From contig DASCPX010000248.1 in NCBI GenBank assembly GCA_036012755.1, positions 1-63,665 of the forward strand: 63,665 nucleotides of DNA, in the 5' to 3' direction. Within the stretch, counting starts at the first letter, position 1. The number at the start of each line of letters is the position of its first letter. A program made the position numbers and the translations under genes. Under the pieces are notes generated by a model. That model was not told the origin of the DNA, searched no databases, and worked only from the letters and a program-made list of their open reading frames with translations. Below, piece by piece: positions 1 to 9,159 of the stretch. Source of the stretch: Myxococcota bacterium (GTDB taxonomy: Bacteria > Myxococcota_A > UBA796 > CAJQPC01).

Positions 1-221
1 CGCCGGCGCTGCCCAGGGCGATTCGGAAGTGGTTCCTGCCAGCGGCCGTCTTCCGGCCCCGGCCGCAGCCCTCGGCGATGTTCAGGACGACGCTATCGGA
101 CGCCCGGATGGCCTGGTCCTTGAGGTGGCCTCGCCCCGACGGCCAGCGGGTCGCCGCGACCCGCTCGTTGACCGACAGGGCGAGCTTGTAGGCGTCGAGG
201 TTCTCGAAGGAGCAGGCGCAC
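1..221 (-). pseudogene. Four-helix-bundle protein (23S rRNA intervening-sequence-protein-like family); runs off the window edge; 5' end frameshifted
   Basis: Manual translation of the minus strand gives SFENLDAYKLALSVNERVAATRWPSGRGHLKDQAIRASDSVVLNIAEGCGRGRKTAAGRNHFRIALGSAG, matching the family pattern L.DQ..RA..S...NIAEG.GR...F.IA.GS. There is no in-frame start before an upstream TGA; the GTG at 221 is one base out of frame. Confidence 0.75.
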
Positions 222-258
222 GTCCGCGGCGACGAGTCCCGAGGTCGAGGCCCGCACC

Positions 259-349
259 CGAGACTCGATCATCGAGAGCGAGACTCGAACATCGAGACTC
301 GATCATCGGGCGTCGATCATCGAGAACGAGACTCGATCATCGGGCGTCG
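259..349. repeat. Cluster of ~5 short palindromic repeats (GAGACTCGATCATCGAG-like)
   Basis: Copies at ~259-276, 279-296 (variant), 294-310, 311-324 and 328-349. The core CTCGAT-C-ATCGAG is an inverted repeat. Confidence 0.8.
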
Positions 350-411
350 TTGTCGGCCTCGAGGTCGAGCCTCGACAGGCCGGGATCAACGTGCACCAGG
401 CGCCTAGCCCC

Positions 412-765
412 TCAGCGCTCCAGCGTCTCCTGGCAGCCGACACAGAAGGGGACCTCTGGCCGTGCCTCGAGTCGGCGGTAGGCGATGGACTCGCCGCAGT
501 CGCAACACCACCCGTACTCGTCGTCCGCGACACGCTCGAGTGCCGCTCCGACCTGGAGCAACCTCTGCTTCTTGAGTGCGCGCTCGGCCTTGGCCATCTC
601 CTGCTGCTGGAGGGCGTCGATGCGCGAGATGCGTCCGATGGGCAGGTCGAGGTCCACCGTCTCGACGCGGTCCTGGTCCTCCAGATCCACCCGGAGGGTG
701 TGCTGGAGGGTCTGCAGACCGGCGATCAGGCTCTGTCGCTGGCTTGCTGTGAGCTCCTCGGCCAT
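412..765 (-). CDS. TraR/DksA C4-type zinc finger protein
   Basis: ALERVADDEYGWCCDCGESIAYRRLEARPEVPFCVGCQ zinc finger, preceded by a coiled coil with RISRIDALQQQ. Confidence 0.9.
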   Translation of the reverse strand: MAEELTASQRQSLIAGLQTLQHTLRVDLEDQDRVETVDLDLPIGRISRIDALQQQEMAKAERALKKQRLLQVGAALERVADDEYGWCCDCGESIAYRRLEARPEVPFCVGCQETLER

Positions 766-800
766 GCCTCTCCCTATCCCGGGCGCGATAGGGTCGGTCG

Positions 801-2231
801 ATGCCTCTTCCGCCTCCTCTTCGCGGTGTGCGCCCCCGGGCGCTCCCTTCCCGACGACAGCTCCTCGCCGGCGGCGCCGTCGTGCTCGCCGGGTGCAGGG
901 CGGAGGTTCCGCTGGTGGCCGAGACCGGCGACGACTCGGGAGACAGCGGTGTCCTCGGCGAGAGCGCCGACACCGGCGAGACCGGTGACATTGGCGAGCC
1001 TGTCGAGACCTTCGACGTCTCGCTCTACGAAGAGGACCCGGAGCTCTTCCCGACCGCGGTCATGGCGGGCCTGCCCGAGCAGACCTCGATCCGCCTCGCG
1101 TGCGTGGTCGCTGACACCTCAGAGGTCGAGGTGGTGGTCTGGGACGCCGAGAGTCGGCTCGTGCATCGCGCCCTCGTCACCCCCTCCGAGACCGGGGCCG
1201 TGATGGTCGATGTCGAGGACCTCTCTGACGGGACCTGGTACGCCTACACCTTCGTCCGTGACTACCAGCGGAGCATCGCCGCTCGCTTCCGCACTGCCCC
1301 GGCCAACGACTGGCTCGAGCCGCTCAGCATCGCCATCACCGCCTGCAACGGCGCCTCCAACGACCCCTGGCCGATCCTCTCGGTCTCGGCCCAGCAGGAC
1401 GTGGATCTGCTGCTCCACCTCGGAGACATGGCCTACAACGACGACGCGAGCGATCTCGACGAGTTCCGGGACAACTGGCGCTGGTATCTCTCGGGCGACG
1501 GCTTCCGCGAGGCCTACGCGCGCTGTGCGCTCATCGCGACCTGGGACGACCACGAGGTCTCCAACGACTGGGACCCGGACTCCGTGAGCCCGGAGCGCGT
1601 GGCCATCGCGATGGAGGCCTACTTCGAGCACATCCCGGTCCATCGTTCGAAAGACGGAACGATCTGGCGTAGCTACCGCTGGGGAAGTGTGGCCGAGCTG
1701 TTCGTGCTCGACTGCCGGAGCGAGCGGGACCCCGGCACGCGGCTGGGGGATGACGCCATCTACATCTCTCGGGCGCAGATGGACTGGCTCAAGCAGGCGC
1801 TCATCGACAGCCCCTGCCACTACAAGCTCGTCATGAACTCGGTGCCCATCACGAACATGCCTCCGATCTGGGACCTGGCCGCGTCGGATCGCTGGGAGGG
1901 CTACGACAGCCAGCGCCACGAGCTGCTCTTCCACCTCAGCGCAGAGGGCCTCGACGACGTCTGGTTCCTCTCCGGTGACTTCCACGTCTGCTTCGCCGCG
2001 AAGGTCCAGGCGGACATGGGGGGCGCCGCCGGACGGACCTGGGAGGTGGCGTGCACCGGTGGGAACACGAACCCGCTCGGTGACTCCTTGAACGTGCTCT
2101 ACCCGGATCAGTTCGACTACGGGACCAGCGGGGCCCGCGCTGTGATCCTGACGTTCGACCCCATCGAGGAGGAGGTCACCGTCCGGTTCCTCACCGAAGA
2201 CGGAGACCTCGACCACGAGCTGGTCGTCTAG
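801..2231 (+). CDS. PhoD-family alkaline phosphatase/phosphodiesterase; probable Tat lipoprotein
   Basis: SRRQLL Tat motif plus LAGC lipobox; LHLGDMAY, WDDHEV, LDCRSER and LSGDFH motifs; TAGGGT 6 nt before the ATG. Confidence 0.88.
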   Translation: MPLPPPLRGVRPRALPSRRQLLAGGAVVLAGCRAEVPLVAETGDDSGDSGVLGESADTGETGDIGEPVETFDVSLYEEDPELFPTAVMAGLPEQTSIRLACVVADTSEVEVVVWDAESRLVHRALVTPSETGAVMVDVEDLSDGTWYAYTFVRDYQRSIAARFRTAPANDWLEPLSIAITACNGASNDPWPILSVSAQQDVDLLLHLGDMAYNDDASDLDEFRDNWRWYLSGDGFREAYARCALIATWDDHEVSNDWDPDSVSPERVAIAMEAYFEHIPVHRSKDGTIWRSYRWGSVAELFVLDCRSERDPGTRLGDDAIYISRAQMDWLKQALIDSPCHYKLVMNSVPITNMPPIWDLAASDRWEGYDSQRHELLFHLSAEGLDDVWFLSGDFHVCFAAKVQADMGGAAGRTWEVACTGGNTNPLGDSLNVLYPDQFDYGTSGARAVILTFDPIEEEVTVRFLTEDGDLDHELVV

Positions 2232-2243
2232 CCCTGGGCGGGC

Positions 2244-3596
2244 TCAGCCGCCCGCGAGTCCGAGGAGCAGCTCGTTCCCGACGGTGTCGTTTTCGCCCGT
2301 CGGCAGCTTGCCGGCGTCGTTCACGCCACCGCTGGCCACCGGGTCGTCGGGCCCGTTGACCGTGCCGTCGTTGTCGTTGTCGCCGTATGCCCAGAGGTAG
2401 ACGATGCTGTTGGCCGGCCCCGACAGGGTGAAGGGCACGCTGGTGTTTCCTGCGAGGTCGTCCCACTCGAAGGACAGGGTGTCGTAGGAGTCCGCTTCGA
2501 TCTGGGCGAGCGAGATGTCCTCAGAGGGGCGGTACTTGAGCGCAGCGACGTGGACGGCCGCGCCCTCGTCGAGCAGATCGTCGAAGATCCCGCCGTCCAG
2601 GGTCGCGACCTCTCCGGAGATCACGACGAAGGGCACGATCGCGAAGGGGCTGTCGCCGTCGTCCAGCGGGATCTGGATGTCGTGCTCGGTCAGGTCCTCG
2701 TCCTCGATGGTGATCGGGTTCCCGTCGACGTCGACCTCTGTGATGTAGGCACCCCACGTGTCGGAGGGGTCGAAGAGCCAGTTGTCGTCGTCGTCCCAGA
2801 CGCCGAGGAGGTTCATCGCGCCCTTCCAGGCCGAGGAGCCGAGGCCGTAGGCCGCCTCCGCGCCGCTTCCGTTGCTTGTGGGCTCTCCCGGGATGTGCCA
2901 GGAGTAGGGGCCGCTGCCGTCGAGCTCGAAGAGGTAGGCCGCGACCTCGCCGACGGTCCAGGAGGTCGTGACCAGGATGTCGCCGGAGATGGTGAGGCTT
3001 CCGTCCCCGCCGCCGCCGCCGCTGGACCCACCGCCGCCGCCGCCGCCGGTGGGCTCGGTGCCATGGGTGAGGATCGAGATGTCGATGTCCTCGTGGCCAG
3101 CGACCTCTGGATGCAGCTGGAGGGCGTCCGGGTAGCTCCCCATCGGCTCGTCCGGGCCGATGACGCGGTCGTTGCCCCTGTCCAGGATCGCGAAGACCCG
3201 GACCTCGCCGCAGGCCTCTGCTGGCACGCTCAGGCTGTAGGCGTCGCCCTCGATGCTCGGGTACTTGATGACCGTCTCGTCCAAGTAGACCAGCTCGCCG
3301 TCCTCGTCCTCCTCGTAGGCCGTGACCCAGATCCCGCCGAAGGGGAAGTCTCCACCGAAGGAGTCCTCGAAGCTCGTCTCCTGCCGCTCGCCGTCCTCGT
3401 CTTCGATCCAGAGGTCCACGGTCACGACGCCGCTGACACCGGTGGACCAGGCCTCCGGGTCGTCGCAGGGGTCGACCGGGGCGTCGCTGTCGTCATCGCT
3501 GTCGGCGTTGCTGTCGGCGTCGCTGTCGCCGCTGGTGTCGTCGGGGCCGGGCCAGCAGCTCGGACAACCAATCAGGAGAAGAAGGACGTTGAACAT
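2244..3596 (-). CDS. Acidic hypothetical lipoprotein
   Basis: MFNVLLLLIGC signal, Asp-rich linker and Gly linker; three similar beta-rich modules, each ending in a D.D.D-type loop; GGGGAG SD. Confidence 0.75.
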   Translation of the reverse strand: MFNVLLLLIGCPSCWPGPDDTSGDSDADSNADSDDDSDAPVDPCDDPEAWSTGVSGVVTVDLWIEDEDGERQETSFEDSFGGDFPFGGIWVTAYEEDEDGELVYLDETVIKYPSIEGDAYSLSVPAEACGEVRVFAILDRGNDRVIGPDEPMGSYPDALQLHPEVAGHEDIDISILTHGTEPTGGGGGGGSSGGGGGDGSLTISGDILVTTSWTVGEVAAYLFELDGSGPYSWHIPGEPTSNGSGAEAAYGLGSSAWKGAMNLLGVWDDDDNWLFDPSDTWGAYITEVDVDGNPITIEDEDLTEHDIQIPLDDGDSPFAIVPFVVISGEVATLDGGIFDDLLDEGAAVHVAALKYRPSEDISLAQIEADSYDTLSFEWDDLAGNTSVPFTLSGPANSIVYLWAYGDNDNDGTVNGPDDPVASGGVNDAGKLPTGENDTVGNELLLGLAGG

Positions 3597-3674
3597 GTGT
3601 ACTCCCCGGCGGGCAGGATACCGGGCGAGAGTCGGTTTTGAGTCGGTGATAGTGAAAATTGTCTTTCAAGTTGC

Positions 3675-5042
3675 TTGCATATCAGGATCAGGTCCCGGAA
3701 TCTCGATGGACTTGGCCAGCTCGGATCCCTTCGCGGCGACGTCGACGCGCTCCAGGAGGACTACTCCAAGGCCCTGTCATCGCTCGGTCTGACGGATGTC
3801 GACGGTCTCGCGGTCTTTCGCACCCAGGACCCCCGGGCCGAGCTGGGGATCGTCATCGAGGCTGCATCGGAGCTGACCCTCGAGCTGAAGGAGGAGTTCG
3901 TCCTCGACGAGGTCTTCGACGACTACTGCGTCTACAGCGGCGTCACGTCGATGCCGGTGTGGCAGGAGGGCGAGCCGCCCTTCACCAGCGATGGCGGCGG
4001 CTGGGTCTTCGAGGACGGAGCTCCGGTCCTGCAGGGCTGGGAGGACGCCAGCGTCATCGTGACCGTGCCGCGGGAGTCGGCGTCGCTGTTTCCGACCGTG
4101 GTCTTCTCGCGGACCGGAGGGGGAGGGGACCGCCCCCTGGTGGACCGAGGTCCCGTGACCGCCGCCGGCGCCGAGCCCGAGACCCCCGGGGCCGGACCAG
4201 CGCTGCACTTCGCGCGGGCCGGCTACGCGGAAGTGTCGATCGATGGCCCGCACGGAGGGCTGCGCAACGTCTCCGGGGCGGACGAGCAGTTCCTCATGTT
4301 CAACGTGCTGAACCCGGTGGCCATGCGGGACAACGTGCGGCAGTCCGCCGTGGAGCTGGCCATCGCCCCGCTCCTGGTCGACGAGCTGGTCATCGACAGC
4401 CGGGACTGCCCCGGCGCTTCAGAGGAGAGTCGGCTGGAGGCCCGCGTGCTCATGGGTCACTCGATGGGTGCCACCATCGCGCCGCTGGCTGTCGTACCCG
4501 GCGGCTACGAGGCCATGGTCCTCTCCGGCGCGGGCGGCTCCTGGACCGAGAACGTCGTCCACAAGCAGAGCCCGATCGAGGTGAGGCCAATCGCCGAGGC
4601 GATGCTCGGCGTGGAGGATCTCGACGAGTTCGACCCGGTCCTGAACCTGCTGCAGTGGGCCGGGGAGAGCGCTGATCCCCCCGTCTACGGCCGGGACATC
4701 GTCGACGCCGGCGTCCACGTGCTGATGCTCCAGGGCATCGTCGACACCTACATCCTGCCCCCGATCGCCAACGCCACCTCCCTCGGTCTGGAGCTCGATC
4801 TCGGCGGTGATCCGCTGGAGGAGGACCTCGTCTACGAGCCACTCGGATCGCTGCTTTCCTGGTCGGGGGCCGAGCACGTCGAGCTCCCATTCCGGGGCGA
4901 TCCAGTGACGCGCGTCGTCGTCCAGCACCCCGAGGACGGCATCCTCGACGGCCACGAGGTCGTGTTCCAGAGCGAGGCGCCGAAGCTGCAGCTGGAGCAC
5001 TTCCTCGAGACCCTGGCCGAGGGTGTGCCCGAGGTCCAGTGA
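3675..5042 (+). CDS. Alpha/beta hydrolase (lipase-like); start uncertain, possibly N-terminally truncated
   Basis: GHSMG nucleophile elbow, IDGPHGGLR, QGIVDTY and DGHEV motifs. Confidence 0.7.
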   Translation: MHIRIRSRNLDGLGQLGSLRGDVDALQEDYSKALSSLGLTDVDGLAVFRTQDPRAELGIVIEAASELTLELKEEFVLDEVFDDYCVYSGVTSMPVWQEGEPPFTSDGGGWVFEDGAPVLQGWEDASVIVTVPRESASLFPTVVFSRTGGGGDRPLVDRGPVTAAGAEPETPGAGPALHFARAGYAEVSIDGPHGGLRNVSGADEQFLMFNVLNPVAMRDNVRQSAVELAIAPLLVDELVIDSRDCPGASEESRLEARVLMGHSMGATIAPLAVVPGGYEAMVLSGAGGSWTENVVHKQSPIEVRPIAEAMLGVEDLDEFDPVLNLLQWAGESADPPVYGRDIVDAGVHVLMLQGIVDTYILPPIANATSLGLELDLGGDPLEEDLVYEPLGSLLSWSGAEHVELPFRGDPVTRVVVQHPEDGILDGHEVVFQSEAPKLQLEHFLETLAEGVPEVQ

Positions 5043-5346
5043 TCAATCCCAGAGGGAGTCGATGGCCTCCTCCGGACCCAGCGTGCTCTTCGCCGACCCC
5101 GAGCGCCGCCCGGCGTTCTGGTCCGGCCTGGGACTCGCGAGCACCTTCACAGCTGGGGCCCGCGCTCCACGGCTCGCCGGCTCCGGGGGTGTGGATTTCG
5201 CAGCAGGATCGGCCTTTGGCACGGCTCTGCGCCGTGGGCTCGACTCCGGAGAGATGGGCCCCGACGGCGGCCTCCCCGGCGCCTTCTACGCCCCACTGGC
5301 CCGCGCCCTGAGCGATGATGGCGGCGAAGAAGACCGAGGAGAGAAG

Positions 5347-6273
5347 GTGAGCGCGCGCGTCATGGTCCTGCTGCTCAAGGACGACAAGCCGGTCAAGGCG
5401 GTCGGCGTGGGCGAGCGCGGGCTGCACCTCGGACGCGGGCGCGACGCCGACATCTCGCTGGTGGAGCCCTCCGTCTCCACCGATCACGCTCGCATCTGGT
5501 GCGAGGGAGAGCGCGTGCTGCTGCGCGATCTGGGCAGCCGAAACGGCACCTACCTCAACGAGCAGCGCATCACGTCGACCGTCGAGGTCGCCGACGCCGA
5601 CGAGATCCGCCTCGGCGGCGACATCTGCCTGAGGATCCGCGTCCTCGGAGGCATGCCCGAGCTCAAGACCGACGTCGCGCTGGTGCAGGTCGACGCTGGA
5701 CTGCGCACTCCGCTGCACCTTGGCGAGAACCCGGTCGATGACATCGTGGTCGTCCTCGACCGCCAGGGCGGGCTGACACTCGAGGGTCCCAAGCTCTCGC
5801 GTCCCCTCACACCCGGCGAGGACTTCGAGGTCGGTGGCCTTCGCTACCGCGTGGAGACCCAGGGAGGCACCTCCGATGTCCGCACCGTCGAGCTGGAGGG
5901 TGGGCCGCCGCCGATACGAGTGGAGGCACGCCTGGACGGACCGACCGGTCCCGAGGCTCGGTTCACGGACATACGGGACAACTCGGTGTCCGTGCTGATC
6001 ACCGCTGCCACCCAGGCCGAGGTGGTCTTCGTGCTTGCCCGGACGGCGAAGTCCGACCTGAAGAGCCGCGTCGAGGATCCGGGATGGCTGAACAACGGGG
6101 AGCTTCGCCAGGCCGTGTGGGGCCGAAGCTCGGAGCGCCTTCACCGCAGTCGGCTGCCGGTGGTGCTGCACCGCATCCGCAAGGCGCTGGAGTCTGCCGG
6201 GCTGTCAGAGGCCTGCATCGACCGAAGGCGCGGCGCGACCCGTCTCTGGGTCGTCGACGTCGAGGTCGACTGA
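5347..6273 (+). CDS. FHA-domain protein with a C-terminal winged-helix-like region
   Basis: LGRGRDADI...VSTDHARI...DLGSRNGTYLN FHA core; C-terminal LRQAVWG...LHRIRKALE. Start moved to GTG 5347, after a GAGGAG SD. Confidence 0.8.
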   Translation: MSARVMVLLLKDDKPVKAVGVGERGLHLGRGRDADISLVEPSVSTDHARIWCEGERVLLRDLGSRNGTYLNEQRITSTVEVADADEIRLGGDICLRIRVLGGMPELKTDVALVQVDAGLRTPLHLGENPVDDIVVVLDRQGGLTLEGPKLSRPLTPGEDFEVGGLRYRVETQGGTSDVRTVELEGGPPPIRVEARLDGPTGPEARFTDIRDNSVSVLITAATQAEVVFVLARTAKSDLKSRVEDPGWLNNGELRQAVWGRSSERLHRSRLPVVLHRIRKALESAGLSEACIDRRRGATRLWVVDVEVD

Positions 6274-6274
6274 A

Positions 6275-7273
6275 CTAGAGCGCGACGCGCACGCCTGCGT
6301 GGCCCCCGACACCCTCGTCCAGCTGCATGTTCAGGTGGCCGTAGGCCTTCACCATGAAGACGTTGACCTGGAGCCCGACGAAGGCGCGGGGTGTCGGGAA
6401 GCTCTCCAGCGTCGCCGCCGAGCCGTAGCTGACGCTGGCCGTCCCCAGCTTGATCTTCTCCCCCCTGACCTTCGTCTCGAGGTCCCCGTCGAGGCTGATC
6501 GTGCTCGCGGCGCTGCCCTCCTGCCAGATGTCGTAGGCGCCACCGCCGAAGAGGGTGAGCGGACCGATCCGGATGTTCGTGGACAGCTCCAAGGGAACGC
6601 TCTGGGTGGCCGAGGTGATGCTGTAGACCCCGAGCGCGTCCCAGGTTGCGTCGGGTGTCCCGATCGGCATCCCCTGCGCGACCCGCATCGTGTACTGGCT
6701 GTACTCGTAGCCGGTGGTGAAGTCGACGCCGCCCCACTCTGCGGGGCCCTCCTCGCGCTTCTTGAGGAGCTTGATCTGGAGGTGGCCGCCGTAGTTGAGC
6801 AGTTCGCCTTCGAAGGGCTCGTTGTTCGTCTCCAGCATCATGCCGTTGCCGTAGACCAGGAACCGCCGCGCGGGGCTGTCGTCCTCGGCGAGGACTCCGA
6901 GGTTGAGCCCGGCGAGCGCGGAGACCTGGAAGGCGAAGCCTCCCTGAGGCAGGGTCCCGTCACCGCGTCCGAAGCGGAACCCGGCGGCGGACACGGCGGA
7001 TCCGAAGCCGCCCCCTATGACCAGGCGTTGAGGGTTCGTCGCGTAGTCGGCCCCCATGCCCTTGCTGGACAGAACGGCGGCCTGGGCCATCTGGCCGAGG
7101 TACTCGGACTGGTCCCCGAGCCTCAGCTCGTCCTCGACCGCCGCGCTGAACTCGGCCTCGAACGCGCTCGGGTCGATCCCTGCGGCGTCGGCTTTTTCCT
7201 GGTCCATCTCGACGACGACCTGCTGGGCGAGGGCGCTCGAGAGCCAGACGTGCAGCGCGAGAATCACGGCCAC
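6275..7273 (-). CDS. Secreted/outer-membrane protein (Lsa36-like; putative beta-barrel)
   Basis: Signal peptide; alternating beta-strand pattern; C-terminal GGHAGVRVAL. The family name is a tentative recollection. Confidence 0.55.
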   Translation of the reverse strand: MAVILALHVWLSSALAQQVVVEMDQEKADAAGIDPSAFEAEFSAAVEDELRLGDQSEYLGQMAQAAVLSSKGMGADYATNPQRLVIGGGFGSAVSAAGFRFGRGDGTLPQGGFAFQVSALAGLNLGVLAEDDSPARRFLVYGNGMMLETNNEPFEGELLNYGGHLQIKLLKKREEGPAEWGGVDFTTGYEYSQYTMRVAQGMPIGTPDATWDALGVYSITSATQSVPLELSTNIRIGPLTLFGGGAYDIWQEGSAASTISLDGDLETKVRGEKIKLGTASVSYGSAATLESFPTPRAFVGLQVNVFMVKAYGHLNMQLDEGVGGHAGVRVAL

Positions 7274-7295
7274 CTCCGCACGTTAGGGTAGCCCC

Positions 7296-8216
7296 GTGCG
7301 CCGCGCGCTGTCGTTGCTGGTCGGTCTCGCCGTCGCCGCGGTCCTCGCCGAGGGCCTGGCCGTCAGCTTCTGGGACGAGTCCGGATGGCTGTGGGAGCTG
7401 ACCCCCCGCCAGGTCTCCGACGTCGAGGTCCACCGCATCAGCGAGGACCCACGGCTCGTCTACGAGCTCCGCCCGAACTCGGCCGAGATGCTGGACGGCC
7501 CCTACGGTGATCGCTTCGTGCGGATCAACTCGCTGGGTTTTCGAGGGGACGAGCCTGCGGAAGGGGAGTACGGCTTTCGCGTCGCCTGCCTCGGCGGCTC
7601 GAACACCTTCGGTGCCAGCGTCAGCGATCACGAGACCTGGCCGGCTCGCCTGCAGGAGCGCTTGCGTGTGGACCACCCCGACGCAGAGGTCTTCAACCTG
7701 GGCGTAGAGGGCTGGATGACCCGCCAGAAGGCCAGCGTGGACCTCGCCGAGCTCGACGTCGGGCTGGTCCTCTTCCAGATCTACAACGAGGGCCGGCGCT
7801 TCGTCCTGGAGGGCACGCTGGAGTCTTCGTACGCTCGCTTCCCCGAGTTGTGGTCGGAGAACTTCGCCGGGCCCCGCCTGCCCTTCTCGAGCGGGCGCCT
7901 GGCGGTCCTGGGCATCAACCGCGTCTTCCAGGACCGCATCGTGCATCAGAAGACCGAGCTGGCGGCCCAGGCCGACCGAGAGGCCTTCGAGGCCTTCGTC
8001 CTGGACAGCCCGGTGGAGGTGGTGGTGGTCTTCCCACCCGTGGGGGGCTCCGACAGCGCGATCCGCGACCTCGGCTTGCAGGTCATCGACCTCGCCGAGC
8101 ACGACCAGCCCTTTGGAGACGAGGGACTCGACCTTCACCCACAAGCGAAGGTCTACGAGTGGTACGCGGACGTCATCGCCGCCGAGCTCGAAGGACGCGG
8201 GCTCCTGCCACCCTGA
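7296..8216 (+). CDS. SGNH/GDSL hydrolase-like protein
   Basis: N-terminal TM; INSLGFRG, LGGSNTFG, VFNLGVEG and DLHP motifs. Confidence 0.8.
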   Translation: MRRALSLLVGLAVAAVLAEGLAVSFWDESGWLWELTPRQVSDVEVHRISEDPRLVYELRPNSAEMLDGPYGDRFVRINSLGFRGDEPAEGEYGFRVACLGGSNTFGASVSDHETWPARLQERLRVDHPDAEVFNLGVEGWMTRQKASVDLAELDVGLVLFQIYNEGRRFVLEGTLESSYARFPELWSENFAGPRLPFSSGRLAVLGINRVFQDRIVHQKTELAAQADREAFEAFVLDSPVEVVVVFPPVGGSDSAIRDLGLQVIDLAEHDQPFGDEGLDLHPQAKVYEWYADVIAAELEGRGLLPP

Positions 8217-8270
8217 TGGCTTGCCCGCGAGACTCGATCTGAGCCCTTGAGGTCAGATCTGAGGTGTGGT

Positions 8271-8284
8271 ATTGACATGTCAAT
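8271..8284. promoter_or_regulatory. Perfect 14-bp palindrome ATTGACATGTCAAT over the parA start
   Basis: Self-complementary sequence read directly; contains TTGACA on both strands. Confidence 0.4.
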
Positions 8285-9143
8285 GCGAAACCTCCTCAAG
8301 TCGGGTCTGCGCCGCCTCTCACAGCCCAGCAAGCGCTCCTTGCGGGCAAGGGGAACAAAGCAGGCGGTGGTCATCGCGGTCGCTGCCCAGAAGGGCGGGG
8401 TCGGCAAGACGACGACCGCCGTGAGCCTCGCAGCCGCGCTCGCCCGCTTCCACGGACAGCGGGTGCTGCTGGTCGATCTCGATCCTCAGGGCCACGTGTC
8501 TCGGGCGCTGGGCGAGCAGATTCGGCTCGGCGGCGGCGCCCTGTCCGACGTCCTCGTCGGCGAGGACGGGCTGGAGGTCCTGGACGTCGTGACCGCGACG
8601 CATGTCCGCAAGCTCGACGTCACCCCCTTCGACCCGGGGCTCGGTTCGACCGAGAACGTCATGGGGGCTCGCATTGGAAAGGAGTTCCTGCTCCGCGACG
8701 CCCTCGAGGTGACGCGCACCTTCTACGACGTGATCGTCATCGACTGCCCGCCGAACCTGGGGAACCTGACGCTGTCCGGACTGGTCGCAGCCGACACGGT
8801 GTTGATCCCTTGTGACCCTTCACCCCTGGCCGTCAGCGGTGTGCACCGGATCATCGAGGCGATCACGCAGGCTTCACGGCTCAACCCGGACATCGACGTG
8901 CTCGGCGTGTTGCTCACCCGCGTCGACGGCCGCAACACCACCCTCAACAAGGCCATCGTCGCCGAGCTCGACCACGACTACGGCGAGGCCGTCCTTCCCG
9001 TTCACATCGGCATCAACAGCCAGCTGGCCAAGGCCCAGCACGCCGGTGTGGACATATTCGCGTACGCGGCCGAGTCCCGCGGCGCCCAGCACTACCGCGC
9101 CCTCGCCGAGCACGTGCTCTCCGTGCTCCGTAGCGAGGGCTGA
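8277..9143 (+). CDS. ParA/Soj family ATPase (orphan; no adjacent parB)
   Basis: QKGGVGKTTT deviant Walker A, VDLDPQG, IDCPPNLG; start at 8277 or 8283. Confidence 0.9.
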   Translation: MSMRNLLKSGLRRLSQPSKRSLRARGTKQAVVIAVAAQKGGVGKTTTAVSLAAALARFHGQRVLLVDLDPQGHVSRALGEQIRLGGGALSDVLVGEDGLEVLDVVTATHVRKLDVTPFDPGLGSTENVMGARIGKEFLLRDALEVTRTFYDVIVIDCPPNLGNLTLSGLVAADTVLIPCDPSPLAVSGVHRIIEAITQASRLNPDIDVLGVLLTRVDGRNTTLNKAIVAELDHDYGEAVLPVHIGINSQLAKAQHAGVDIFAYAAESRGAQHYRALAEHVLSVLRSEG

Positions 9144-9159
9144 GAGAGAGGAGACCATC

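Noticed and set aside
1..221. Avd of a diversity-generating retroelement
   Set aside because: The motifs fit the generic four-helix-bundle family; no reverse transcriptase or TR/VR pair in the window
259..349. Possible mini-CRISPR array
   Set aside because: Repeats are ~17 bp with 0-5 nt spacers, and there are no cas genes
5023..5346. N-terminal extension of the FHA protein in the ORF track
   Set aside because: Non-protein-like; a better SD-supported start exists at 5347
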